DNA of 32,000 nt from a virus. Below are positions 8,199-16,808 of the stretch, in pieces (the stretch's first letter is position 1; each line of letters begins with the position of its first letter). The translations under genes were made by a program, and so were the position numbers. The notes beneath the pieces were generated by a model that was given only the letters and a program-made list of their open reading frames with translations, did not search any database and had not been told where the DNA came from. The stretch is taken from positions 1 through 32,000 of IMG/VR virus record IMGVR_UViG_3300045988_182454. One strand, 5' to 3'.

Positions 8199-9575
8199 AT
8201 GAACACTTGCGTTTGTGTTCTCAGCAACAATGGTGAGCGCTTAATGCCTACCTTCCGTCTTGGCAAGGTACGCCGACTTCTGAAAGATGGAAAAGCGAAA
8301 ATTGTTAAGCACCATCCCTTTACCATCCAGCTGCTGTATGACAGCAAAACAAACACCCAACCCATCGAAATCTGCGAGGATGTAGGTTACAACTACATCG
8401 GTATCAGCGCAAAAAGCAAATCTCACGAATATGTATCTGCTCAGTATGATACATTGCAGGATGAGAAAGAACATCATGATGATTGTCGCAAAATGCGCCG
8501 CACTCGCAGAAACAGACTGCGTTACCGTAAACCGCGCTTCGATAACCGCAAGCGCGGCGAAGGTTGGCTTGCTCCTTCTTTGAGGCATAAGAAAGAACTC
8601 AATGTCAACGTTGTCAAGATGTATTGTGCAGTAATGCCCATTACTCATGCAACGGTTGAGGTTGGTTCTTTTGATACGATGCTTGTAAAAGCAATTCAGG
8701 AGGGAAAAGTCATTCCTGAGGGAGCGGACTATCAAAAAGGTCCGCGCTACAATTTGGCAACCTTGCGGGAAGCGGTATTTTACCGTGATAACTATGTCTG
8801 CAAAGTTTGTGGGCGCAAAGCTACTGAAGGTGCGATTTTACATATGCACCACATGTTCTACTGGAGAGGTCGTCACGGCAACAGCCTGGACGAACTTCTA
8901 ACAGTATGTGAAAAGTGCCATACGCCTGCCAATCACCAAAAAGGCGGTAAACTTTATGGCTTCGGAGAAGATGTAAAGTTCACAGACCTTTCCGGTGCGG
9001 CTTTTATGAACACCGTTCGGTGGCAAATTGTCAATGAACTCTACGCTGCTTTTGGCAAGCCGTTTGTCACAATCACTTATGGCGCAATGACAAAAGAAAA
9101 GCGTATCGCACTTCAGCTTGAAAAAAGTCACAACAACGACGCGTATGCAATGGGTGAGTTTCATCCAAGCTGCCGTTGCAAGTTTAGGCATTACCAAAAG
9201 CGACGCAGAAACAATCGTGTGCTGGAAAAATTCTACGATGCTACTTATATTGACACTCGCACCGGCAACAAAGCAAAAGGCAAGGAACTTTTTAACGGCA
9301 GAATTAGCCGTAATCACAAAAAAGATTCTGAGAATTTGCACAAGTACCGGGCACACAAAATAACAAAAGGTAGATGTTCTATCAGGAGTAAGCACTACGA
9401 CATTCAGTCTGGAGATACAGTCCTCTATGCGGGAAGAAAATGTATAACTACTGGTTGCTTTAACAAAGGAAAATGGTTACGAATTCCAGTCGGTAGTACG
9501 GCAAAATCTGTCGCTATATCAAAAGTCAAGTTAATCAATCATGTTGGTGCGTGGAAAGAAGGTTCATCCATATAA
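8199..9575 (+). CDS. iscB: IscB RNA-guided nuclease (RuvC + HNH)
   Basis: RLMPTFRLGKVRRLLKDGKAKIV N-terminus; RuvC-I EDVGYNYIGIS; Arg-rich bridge helix RKMRRTRRNRLRYRKPRF; HNH VCKVCGRKATEGAILHMHHMFYWRGRHGNSLDELLTVCEKCH; RuvC-III HNNDAYAM. Confidence 0.9.
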   Translation: MNTCVCVLSNNGERLMPTFRLGKVRRLLKDGKAKIVKHHPFTIQLLYDSKTNTQPIEICEDVGYNYIGISAKSKSHEYVSAQYDTLQDEKEHHDDCRKMRRTRRNRLRYRKPRFDNRKRGEGWLAPSLRHKKELNVNVVKMYCAVMPITHATVEVGSFDTMLVKAIQEGKVIPEGADYQKGPRYNLATLREAVFYRDNYVCKVCGRKATEGAILHMHHMFYWRGRHGNSLDELLTVCEKCHTPANHQKGGKLYGFGEDVKFTDLSGAAFMNTVRWQIVNELYAAFGKPFVTITYGAMTKEKRIALQLEKSHNNDAYAMGEFHPSCRCKFRHYQKRRRNNRVLEKFYDATYIDTRTGNKAKGKELFNGRISRNHKKDSENLHKYRAHKITKGRCSIRSKHYDIQSGDTVLYAGRKCITTGCFNKGKWLRIPVGSTAKSVAISKVKLINHVGAWKEGSSI

Positions 9576-9683
9576 CTTCTTATAAACGCATTCATCCCCG
9601 CCTAAGCTTGGCGGCTGTAGACGGGGTATTCTGCTTCAAAAATAATAAAGCGCTAAACCACGAACAAACTAAGGAGAACTACC

Positions 9684-9803
9684 ATGAAAAAGATTCTGAA
9701 ATTTCTTGCCGCTGCGGCATTTGCTATCGTTGTTTACCAGCTTGTATCGCTGCACCGCAAACGCCGTAAGATGGTAGAGATTGGTCAGCAGATTTTCCGG
9801 TGA
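9684..9803 (+). CDS. Small membrane peptide (39 aa), not in the ORF track
   Basis: RBS AAGGAGAACTACC then MKKILKFLAAAAFAIVVYQLVSLHRKRRKMVEIGQQIFR. Confidence 0.6.
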   Translation: MKKILKFLAAAAFAIVVYQLVSLHRKRRKMVEIGQQIFR

Positions 9804-9809
9804 TACCTG

Positions 9810-10475
9810 ATGGCGAAAACTCAGCTGACCCGCGATATTGAGGCCGCGCTTCATGCGTGGCATCCTTCCAGCTACGGCGGGTATCGGGTGGATTCGTTTC
9901 GTCAAGGGTTCGATGCCTTAGAAGTGCCGGTAGAATGCGGGTCTGTCAAATCCGGATTGGTCGATTTCGTCAGGGTTCAGGAATGCTTTACCTCCGAAAC
10001 CAAATATGGGACCTGCAAACTGGCCTCGCTTATCGAAACGGATACGGGTGCTTCGCTTACCGCGATTCAGCAAAAAGCAAAAGAGGCAACCTGCGTCAAG
10101 GATATTTCGTCGATAGATTTTTGCAGGGAGCACTGTTCCGAGCGATGGTGCCACTTCCACAAGACGAATCATCTGTATACGCTCGATGCCGTCATCACTT
10201 GTGTGGAAATCAAGATTTCCGTGAGCGATTTTCACTCGGCACACGGGCACAATTTCGTTGGGCACTGCAACTACTATGCGATGCCCACTGAGTTGTACAA
10301 GAAGGTAAAAGGCGAGATACCAGAGGATATCGGCGTCTTGCTCTATTACGACGGCGAGAGCACATGCGGAATCCGAAAGGCGAAGGAATGTAAGTCGCAC
10401 ATTCTCTCGGAAAAAACACAAAAATGGCTGATTATGTCCGTTGCTAAAAGGCTGCCCCGGTTCGACAAGAACTGA
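9810..10475 (+). CDS. PD-(D/E)XK/MmcB-like putative nuclease
   Basis: LVDFVRVQ..., ITCVEIKISVSDFHSAHGHNFVGHCNYYAMP, GEIPEDIGVLLYYDG. Confidence 0.55.
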   Translation: MAKTQLTRDIEAALHAWHPSSYGGYRVDSFRQGFDALEVPVECGSVKSGLVDFVRVQECFTSETKYGTCKLASLIETDTGASLTAIQQKAKEATCVKDISSIDFCREHCSERWCHFHKTNHLYTLDAVITCVEIKISVSDFHSAHGHNFVGHCNYYAMPTELYKKVKGEIPEDIGVLLYYDGESTCGIRKAKECKSHILSEKTQKWLIMSVAKRLPRFDKN

Positions 10476-10522
10476 GGGCAGCTTTTTTATATATTTTTTT
10501 GTTTAAGAAAGGACAAACTCAA

Positions 10523-11308
10523 ATGCGGCGAACCAAAGCACTGATACTCGTTGCAACATTGGCTGTGCTGACCAGTGTTGCAGGCTGTTCATGGCAAGCG
10601 GAACCTCTGCCTGCCGAATCAGCACAATCCGAATCCTCTCTCAACACCTCTGAATCTGCGACGCAAGAAACAGCAGAAGAAGAACAGCAAATCTCGGACC
10701 TATCCGGAGTACCGGAACTGAGCCCGGAACCCGCTGCGTCTTTTGAACCGTCTCCTACACCGCAACCAGAACCGTCCCCGAGTCCGACATCTGAGCCTAC
10801 ACCGAGCCCGACTCCCTCGCCGACTCCAGAACCTGCGGCAGCAACCTCTGTCTGGGGTGATGTTGTACCTGCAGCCTGGGGTCAAGCCTACGGCACGATT
10901 ACCTGTAACGCGATTGGCCTAAACGCTTCTCTTATCTGGGGCGATGACCAGAGTCTTTTGAATCAACGCGGCGGGGTATATCAGTATCCCGGTTCTTACC
11001 AAGTCGGTGTGACCGGAGGGCATTTGCTCTGCTCTCATAACGACAGCGTGTTTTCTCTGCTGCAATATGTCAGCATAGGGGATAACTTTGTAGTGGACAC
11101 CGATTACGGCGAGTATGTGTATTCCGTCACCCTAGCAAAACCCGGCTATGTGTCCTCGGACGCGAGCACCGTGATTGCGGATGACGGCACTGTCCTCGTT
11201 AATTTCACGGACGGAATCGATAAACTTATCATGTATACCTGCTATCCGTTTGACTGCTATAGCCCGACGAATCAGCGATATGTGGTTCAGGCTGTTTTAC
11301 AAGCATAA
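10523..11308 (+). CDS. Sortase-family protein with lipobox and Pro/Ser/Thr/Glu linker
   Basis: SVAGCSW lipobox; SPTSEPTPSPTPSPTPEP linker; catalytic-like LLCSHND and LIMYTCYPF. Confidence 0.75.
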   Translation: MRRTKALILVATLAVLTSVAGCSWQAEPLPAESAQSESSLNTSESATQETAEEEQQISDLSGVPELSPEPAASFEPSPTPQPEPSPSPTSEPTPSPTPSPTPEPAAATSVWGDVVPAAWGQAYGTITCNAIGLNASLIWGDDQSLLNQRGGVYQYPGSYQVGVTGGHLLCSHNDSVFSLLQYVSIGDNFVVDTDYGEYVYSVTLAKPGYVSSDASTVIADDGTVLVNFTDGIDKLIMYTCYPFDCYSPTNQRYVVQAVLQA

Positions 11309-11328
11309 TTGGGAGATGTAGTTTTAGG

Positions 11329-11559
11329 ATGCAAAAAAGAAAACTCCAGAAATTCCTGCATTACACAGTAACTGTCTTTATTCCGCTCATCATTGCTATG
11401 ATGGGCGTTTTGTTTTGGGTGAAAGTAATGAACGACATCGAATGGCTCCTTCTTTCCCCGAAGCATGTCGCGTTCGGCTGCGTTGCGAGCCTTGGCTTGG
11501 TTCTTTGCTGTATTTATGCGGACAGGATGCTGTGTCATGAAGTTTCGGATACGGTTTAA
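11329..11559 (+). CDS. Small membrane protein
   Basis: Two hydrophobic segments; downstream of the sortase gene. Confidence 0.6.
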   Translation: MQKRKLQKFLHYTVTVFIPLIIAMMGVLFWVKVMNDIEWLLLSPKHVAFGCVASLGLVLCCIYADRMLCHEVSDTV

Positions 11560-11562
11560 GTA

Positions 11563-11590
11563 TTGCATGTTCTTGCGATACCGGTAAAAT
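11563..11590 (+). promoter_or_regulatory. TGCGAA-spacer-type promoter (TGCGAT variant)
   Basis: TTGCAT-GTTCTTGCGATACCGG(16)-TAAAAT. Confidence 0.7.
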
Positions 11591-11593
11591 AGA

Positions 11594-11680
11594 ATTGTAC
11601 GATAGATACCAGATATCTTACAATTCACAATTTCGTTTTTAGCGGACTTATCCCTTTCGGGGGATGGGCCCGCTTTTTTT
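11594..11680 (+). ncRNA. Recurring structured leader RNA with terminator (copy 1)
   Basis: ATTGTACGATAGATACC...TACAATTCACAATTTCG then GCGG...CCCGC stem and T8; lies upstream of the 11704 gene. Confidence 0.65.
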
Positions 11681-11703
11681 ATTTTGAAAGGAGAACAAAA
11701 CCC

Positions 11704-12852
11704 ATGCAAACCAAACACGAATTTCTTCGGAGAACTGCAGCGGTAATTGCCGCGTTCTTCACACTGACATTCACAGGCTGCGGTCAGACACCGGAATCTC
11801 CGGGAAGCCTTCCTGTATCCGGGGTCGTCTCAGAAACTACCGCACAAAGCGGTCAGGAGACGGCTGGCGTATCGGAAGGCGGCAGCTTTACCATCCACTT
11901 TATCGATGTCGGGCAGGCAGATTCCGCCCTCGTCACCTGCGATGGGCACTCGATGCTCATTGACGGCGGCAATGCCGATGACTCGAACCTTGTATACTCA
12001 GTATTACAGCGCGAGACAGAGGGACACTTAGACTATGTCATAGGAACACACGCTCACGAAGACCACATCGGAGGTCTTTCGGGTGCCTTCGAGGCTGACA
12101 CAGCCGATGTCACATTCTGTCCTGTGACAGAGTATGACAGCAAAGCATTCCGGAACTTTAAGGCTCGTGCGGACGAGAGAGGCGGTGGTATTACGGTCCC
12201 GGCAGTGGGGGATACATTCACCCTGGGGGAAGCCACCGTCACCGTTGTGGCTGTCAATTCCGTGCCTGATGACACGAACAATACTTCCATAGTGATTCGT
12301 ATTGTCTACGGAGATACATCCTTCCTGTTCACAGGCGACGCCGAACAGGAAACGGAAGAAAAGATACTCGAATCCGACCAAGACATCGAATCCACAGTCT
12401 TAAAGGTCGGGCATCACGGGTCCAGCACCTCCACCTCTCAGGCATTTCTGGAAGCCGTGAGCCCTGTGTATGCCGTCATATCCTGCGGCAAGGACAACAG
12501 CTACGGACACCCGCACAGCGAGACCCTTGCAAAGCTTGCCAGCGCGGGAGTAGAGGTGTTCAGAACGGACGAACTCGGTGATATTTACTGCACCTCTGAC
12601 GGTTCAGAAGTCACCTTCTCGTATGGGGAGTACCATAAGGACATCGAAACCTCTAGCGCCGAGGTGGAAGAATCGCAGCAACCTGACACGGTAGCTGAGA
12701 CCTATATCCTGAACACAAATTCTCTCAAGTTCCACCGCCCTGATTGCTCTTCTGCTTCTCAGATAAGCGATGCAAACAGGGAGGAGTATACCGGCACAAG
12801 AGAGGAACTTATCGAGCAGGGATATACGCCTTGTGGATACTGCAAGCCGTAA
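11704..12852 (+). CDS. MBL-fold (ComEC C-terminal-like) hydrolase lipoprotein with C-terminal Cys/His domain
   Basis: TGCG lipobox; FIDVGQADSALV, GTHAHEDHIGG, VGHHGSSTSTS; C-terminal FHRPDCSSA...YTPCGYCKP. Confidence 0.85.
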   Translation: MQTKHEFLRRTAAVIAAFFTLTFTGCGQTPESPGSLPVSGVVSETTAQSGQETAGVSEGGSFTIHFIDVGQADSALVTCDGHSMLIDGGNADDSNLVYSVLQRETEGHLDYVIGTHAHEDHIGGLSGAFEADTADVTFCPVTEYDSKAFRNFKARADERGGGITVPAVGDTFTLGEATVTVVAVNSVPDDTNNTSIVIRIVYGDTSFLFTGDAEQETEEKILESDQDIESTVLKVGHHGSSTSTSQAFLEAVSPVYAVISCGKDNSYGHPHSETLAKLASAGVEVFRTDELGDIYCTSDGSEVTFSYGEYHKDIETSSAEVEESQQPDTVAETYILNTNSLKFHRPDCSSASQISDANREEYTGTREELIEQGYTPCGYCKP

Positions 12853-13033
12853 ATATCCAATCAGCATCCAATCCATATAAGCCTATTTGAGTAGTACACG
12901 GAATGTCCCGCTCTGGACGAACCGGGTTCAGGAACGTGCTCTGGCTGACTCGAAAACGGCAAACGCCGATAAGGTACTAAAACGATAGCAAGTAAATCAG
13001 TCGCTGCCTACACAAATGGGCAGCGATTTTTTC

Positions 13034-13061
13034 TTGCCAAAATGTGCGAACCGAATAGAAT
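13034..13061 (+). promoter_or_regulatory. TGCGAA-spacer promoter
   Basis: TTGCCA-AAATGTGCGAACCGAA(16)-TAGAAT, directly after terminator TCGCTGCC...GGCAGCGATTTTTT. Confidence 0.75.
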
Positions 13062-13065
13062 GGGT

Positions 13066-13175
13066 ATTGTACGATAGATAACATCTCATATCGAAAGGGT
13101 TTTATGCCTTTCGTACAATTCACAATTTCGCTTAAAGGGCGGACTTCTCCTTTCTGAGAGGTCCGCCCTTTTTTT
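13066..13175 (+). ncRNA. Recurring structured leader RNA with terminator (copy 2)
   Basis: ATTGTACGA...CGAAAGG/CCTTTCG...TCGTACAAT; GGGCGGACTTCTC...GAGAGGTCCGCCCTTTTTTT. Confidence 0.7.
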
Positions 13176-13206
13176 GCGTCAAAACAAAAAAGGAGTGTAA
13201 ACACCA

Positions 13207-13536
13207 ATGTTAAGAGTTTTTACAATCGTCGCCAATGAGGTCATTGGCTTATCCGCAACGGAATGCACACTGATGCAATTCAGCTACAATCCGGAGCAAA
13301 TCCATGACCCGGAAAGCGTCCTGCGCAGTGCTGTCAAGGACTATCTCAAGACGGAGGAAGGCAAACGACAGCTGGAAATCAACTGTGGCTGCTGGAACTG
13401 GGGCGATGTCGATGACATTCCCGGCTCGTTCTTCTTGAACTATGGTCTGGCTAAAATTGCTCCGCCGGATGTGAATGTTGTTGTTGACCGCAACGAGAAC
13501 TTCATAGACGACTACGAGGATTGCGCGGAAGAATAA
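13207..13536 (+). CDS. Hypothetical protein
   Basis: ORF with AAAAAGGAG RBS after the leader RNA. Confidence 0.65.
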   Translation: MLRVFTIVANEVIGLSATECTLMQFSYNPEQIHDPESVLRSAVKDYLKTEEGKRQLEINCGCWNWGDVDDIPGSFFLNYGLAKIAPPDVNVVVDRNENFIDDYEDCAEE

Positions 13537-13554
13537 CAGAAAGGACATGAAAAA

Positions 13555-14301
13555 ATGCGTATTTATGCCGCAAACAGCGTATTCATAGAAGTTACGCGCC
13601 GGTGCAATATGTGCTGTGCGCACTGCCTGCGCGGAGATGCCGAAAGCATCGATATTCAGGAGAAGTACATCGATGCTTTTCTCGACAGCTTTGAGAAGGG
13701 AGCTTATATCAGCTCTCTTACCTTTACCGGCGGCGAAATTTCTCTGAACATACCTGCAATTCGATACACCTTGAAAGCTGTCAAAGAGCGCGGTATCGCC
13801 GTTGGAAGCTTTTACATGGTCACCAACGGAAAAGCCGTCGATAAGATGGCTGACCTTGCTATGGCGAGTCTGGAGTGGTGGAATTATTGCGATGACAAGG
13901 ATGACTATTCGTGTGGTCTTTGTATCAGCAGCGATGATTTCCACGAAGCAATCCCATATGAAAGTAAAAGTATCCTTAGTGGCTTGAAATATAACCGTAA
14001 CGATAAGGTAACGGACTTTCATCGGGCTTGTTTACTGAACGAAGGGCGTGCTAAGAATCTCGATTCGAATATCTATAAGAAACGTGAACCTAATGTAGAC
14101 AAGCTCGAATACGAATTCAGCAAAACCGGCGGCATCGACTTTTACAGCGGCGAGCTGTACTTGAACGCCATCGGTGATGTCGTTTCCGGCTGCGATTTGT
14201 CCTACGAGTCGCAGAAGAAATATCGTTTTGGCAATGTTATGGATGAAAAATGGTTGGAAAACATTCGTAGCAGCAAATTGTGCATCGAAGAAAACAGCTA
14301 A
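13555..14301 (+). CDS. Radical SAM family protein
   Basis: CNMCCAHC (CxxxCxxC), TFTGGEISLN, YMVTNGK, and later LYLNAIGDVVSGCD / FGNVMDEKW. Confidence 0.8.
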   Translation: MRIYAANSVFIEVTRRCNMCCAHCLRGDAESIDIQEKYIDAFLDSFEKGAYISSLTFTGGEISLNIPAIRYTLKAVKERGIAVGSFYMVTNGKAVDKMADLAMASLEWWNYCDDKDDYSCGLCISSDDFHEAIPYESKSILSGLKYNRNDKVTDFHRACLLNEGRAKNLDSNIYKKREPNVDKLEYEFSKTGGIDFYSGELYLNAIGDVVSGCDLSYESQKKYRFGNVMDEKWLENIRSSKLCIEENS

Positions 14302-14330
14302 AAAATAATAAAAACAGAAAGGAAGAAATT

Positions 14331-15353
14331 ATGACTATCAATTTAACTCGTGAGGATTTTGAGCAGGCTATCAAATCCGGCGCATCCGTGTTCGAAGGCA
14401 ACACAATTCCCGATACCGGAAAACCGTCCGGGCGCTACTACCGTTTCATTCGTGTGCCGCTCGCCAATGGCGAGCACAAGGTAGATGCCTTGTACGGGCA
14501 GCGGTTTTATGGAACCTTGGAAAATAAACCCGTAACATTCAACCAGGAGATACGCTTCCTTTGCCTCGTTGTCGATAATGCCAAAACCGTCAATGAAACA
14601 TTGGACTTCAAAACGATTTTCTGCCGTTCTTCTTTTACCTCGGATTCTGTCATAGAGGAAATGGCACAGAAGCTGTTCGATATGTTCCGAGAGAATGTGA
14701 CGGAAGAAGACAAGAAAATTCTCAAGGGCAGTCATTACGACAAGATAGCACGACAGAACGCTTTCTGCCGCATAATAAAGGGGTATAAGAATTATCGCAG
14801 TCCTATTGACAGCATTGTCGATGAGATTGGAAAAGGGTCTTGCTTTGGCCTGACATCCACAAACGGCGATGAACTGGTAGTGGATTATCTTGCTAATCCA
14901 ACCGGCTGGGCGGAGCGAATGATGGAGAAAATCAAAAAGGCAAATTCCGGGCGGCCTGGACGCCTATACGGGATTACATTGGCTGTGGTGGAAGAGTTGA
15001 CGGAAGAGTATATGAGAAAGTACAATAGTCCGAACACTCAGGAAATCATGTTCAGGCTTCTTGTGGAACTTGCTAAGCAATACAAAACCGTTCGCCTTGT
15101 CCTGAACATCAACGGTAAAACGACCGAAGTAAAGTATCCGGTCAAAGGTATGATGAACAGTGATATCCTGTACGGTGGAGGTTTCTCGACTTGCAACATC
15201 ACCCCGCGCAGTGAAGAAAATCGCATCGAGGAGTTTATCGCGAACAACGATTCGCAACTCGAAGACAATCGCAGAATTCCCATCAAGTACATTCCCGAAG
15301 TCTATTACGGGAATAAGTTGATTTGGAAGAATCCGAATTTTGCAAACACCTGA
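14331..15353 (+). CDS. Hypothetical protein
   Basis: ATG at 14331 after GAAAGGAAG. Confidence 0.65.
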   Translation: MTINLTREDFEQAIKSGASVFEGNTIPDTGKPSGRYYRFIRVPLANGEHKVDALYGQRFYGTLENKPVTFNQEIRFLCLVVDNAKTVNETLDFKTIFCRSSFTSDSVIEEMAQKLFDMFRENVTEEDKKILKGSHYDKIARQNAFCRIIKGYKNYRSPIDSIVDEIGKGSCFGLTSTNGDELVVDYLANPTGWAERMMEKIKKANSGRPGRLYGITLAVVEELTEEYMRKYNSPNTQEIMFRLLVELAKQYKTVRLVLNINGKTTEVKYPVKGMMNSDILYGGGFSTCNITPRSEENRIEEFIANNDSQLEDNRRIPIKYIPEVYYGNKLIWKNPNFANT

Positions 15354-15379
15354 TTCCCAAAAAGGAGGAAATCGAAAAT

Positions 15380-16792
15380 ATGATTGCCAAAATCGGTAAA
15401 ATGATGACAAAAAGGGAAGATAAATCGTTTTCCTACGAAGAACTTGCCGCAATGCTGAAAACCAGTCCTGATGCCCTCAAAACATTCGAGGACGCCTATA
15501 AGAAACAGGTGCTGGACAGCGGGGCATTATCCGAGAACTTCTTACAGTGGGATACCGCTACTGTCAAGGCTATGCTCGACAAGAGGGTGCCGTTTACACG
15601 GGACCTCGAAGCGCTTATCGACCGTATCGTAGGTGAGTTAACAGATGGTACTCGTCTGTACATCTACAACGAAAAACGCGGCGGATACTATGTGAACTAT
15701 GCGGCATCTCGATACACTGTGACGGTAACGAACGATGACCTGAAAAAATACCCGGAAGAGCTCAGACCTCAGCTGACAGGAAATCTTGCGAAGGTCGATA
15801 TCTCGGAGCCGTCGTATAAGATTCTGCTTCAGAATTACGCCGGGTACAAGGATGCTCGCGATGACCGCATGAAGAAGTTCTACTACAACCAGTTCCGTCA
15901 GGGTCTTGATATTCTTGACCTCGACGACTTCACCTACCAGATGCTCGAAATGAATCCCAACACGATGGGATTCTGGCTTCCGCCGCTGGAAAAAGCGTTG
16001 TACGGGAACAGGTTCTTCAGGATTCCTGATACCAAGATTTTGCGTGTTCCGCTGCCGATGCTGCAGCTCACTCGCCTTGGCTTTGAAACCCTGAATCCAG
16101 TGACCAAGGAAATCGTGAACCGCTATTGCAAGCGGATATTCAAGCTGGATGAGCACGAGGATTACTTCATCAAGACCGGAACTTATTCTTCCAAGTATGA
16201 GTTCCGCAACGCTCATATCCATGACACGAAGGAAATCAATGAGATGGGCGAGTATTTCCTGTTCCTGAATCATCTGACCTGTTCTATGGCTTCGCCGTTG
16301 AACAATATCTGCTTCTATGGTGCTAATACAACGAACGAGTGGGTGCTAAGGGAATATATCAAGGACAAGGAACACAACCCGACCATCTACAACGGTTTGC
16401 CGCTTCACACTGAATTCCGCGTATTCGTCGATTTCGACGCTGATGAGGTGCTGGGTATCAGTCCTTATTGGCGTGCCGATGTGATGAAGGGCAAGTTCAA
16501 GAATGCAAGTACGCCGCAGGAACGCCACGACTATGTCATCTATCAGATGCACGAGGACATTCTGCAATCTCGGTTCGATGACAGTGCTAGGATGATTCTG
16601 GAGGAAATCAAGAAGATTCTTCCCGCTGTCGAACTGGTAGGGCAGTGGAGTATTGATGTGATGCGTAATGGTGATGATTATTACATCATCGACATGGCGC
16701 TCGCTGAAAACTCCGCTCTGAACGATTGCGTGCCTAGGGAGAAACTTCGTGCCTACCCGCAGCAGTGGTTGCCTATGGCTACGAACAGCTGA
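15380..16792 (+). CDS. Possible ATP-grasp/D123-like protein
   Basis: Start 15380 after AAAGGAGG; C-terminal EFRVFVDFDADEVLGISPYW ... GQWSIDVMRNGDDYYIIDMALAENSA. Confidence 0.45.
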   Translation: MIAKIGKMMTKREDKSFSYEELAAMLKTSPDALKTFEDAYKKQVLDSGALSENFLQWDTATVKAMLDKRVPFTRDLEALIDRIVGELTDGTRLYIYNEKRGGYYVNYAASRYTVTVTNDDLKKYPEELRPQLTGNLAKVDISEPSYKILLQNYAGYKDARDDRMKKFYYNQFRQGLDILDLDDFTYQMLEMNPNTMGFWLPPLEKALYGNRFFRIPDTKILRVPLPMLQLTRLGFETLNPVTKEIVNRYCKRIFKLDEHEDYFIKTGTYSSKYEFRNAHIHDTKEINEMGEYFLFLNHLTCSMASPLNNICFYGANTTNEWVLREYIKDKEHNPTIYNGLPLHTEFRVFVDFDADEVLGISPYWRADVMKGKFKNASTPQERHDYVIYQMHEDILQSRFDDSARMILEEIKKILPAVELVGQWSIDVMRNGDDYYIIDMALAENSALNDCVPREKLRAYPQQWLPMATNS

Positions 16793-16808
16793 AAAAGGAG
16801 TCTGCCCT

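Larger units (their letters stand above)
7832..9626 (+). mobile_element. IscB-carrying IS200/IS605-related element without tnpA (approximate ends)
   Basis: IscB ORF flanked by related end hairpins: CCCCGCCTAA...TAGACGGG (7839-7872) and CCCCGCCTAAGCTTGGCGGCTGTAGACGGGG (9596-9626). Confidence 0.65.

Noticed and set aside
12860-13010. Possible extra ncRNA between the MBL gene and the 13034 promoter
   Set aside because: Only short weak stems, no repeated copy or other support in this window
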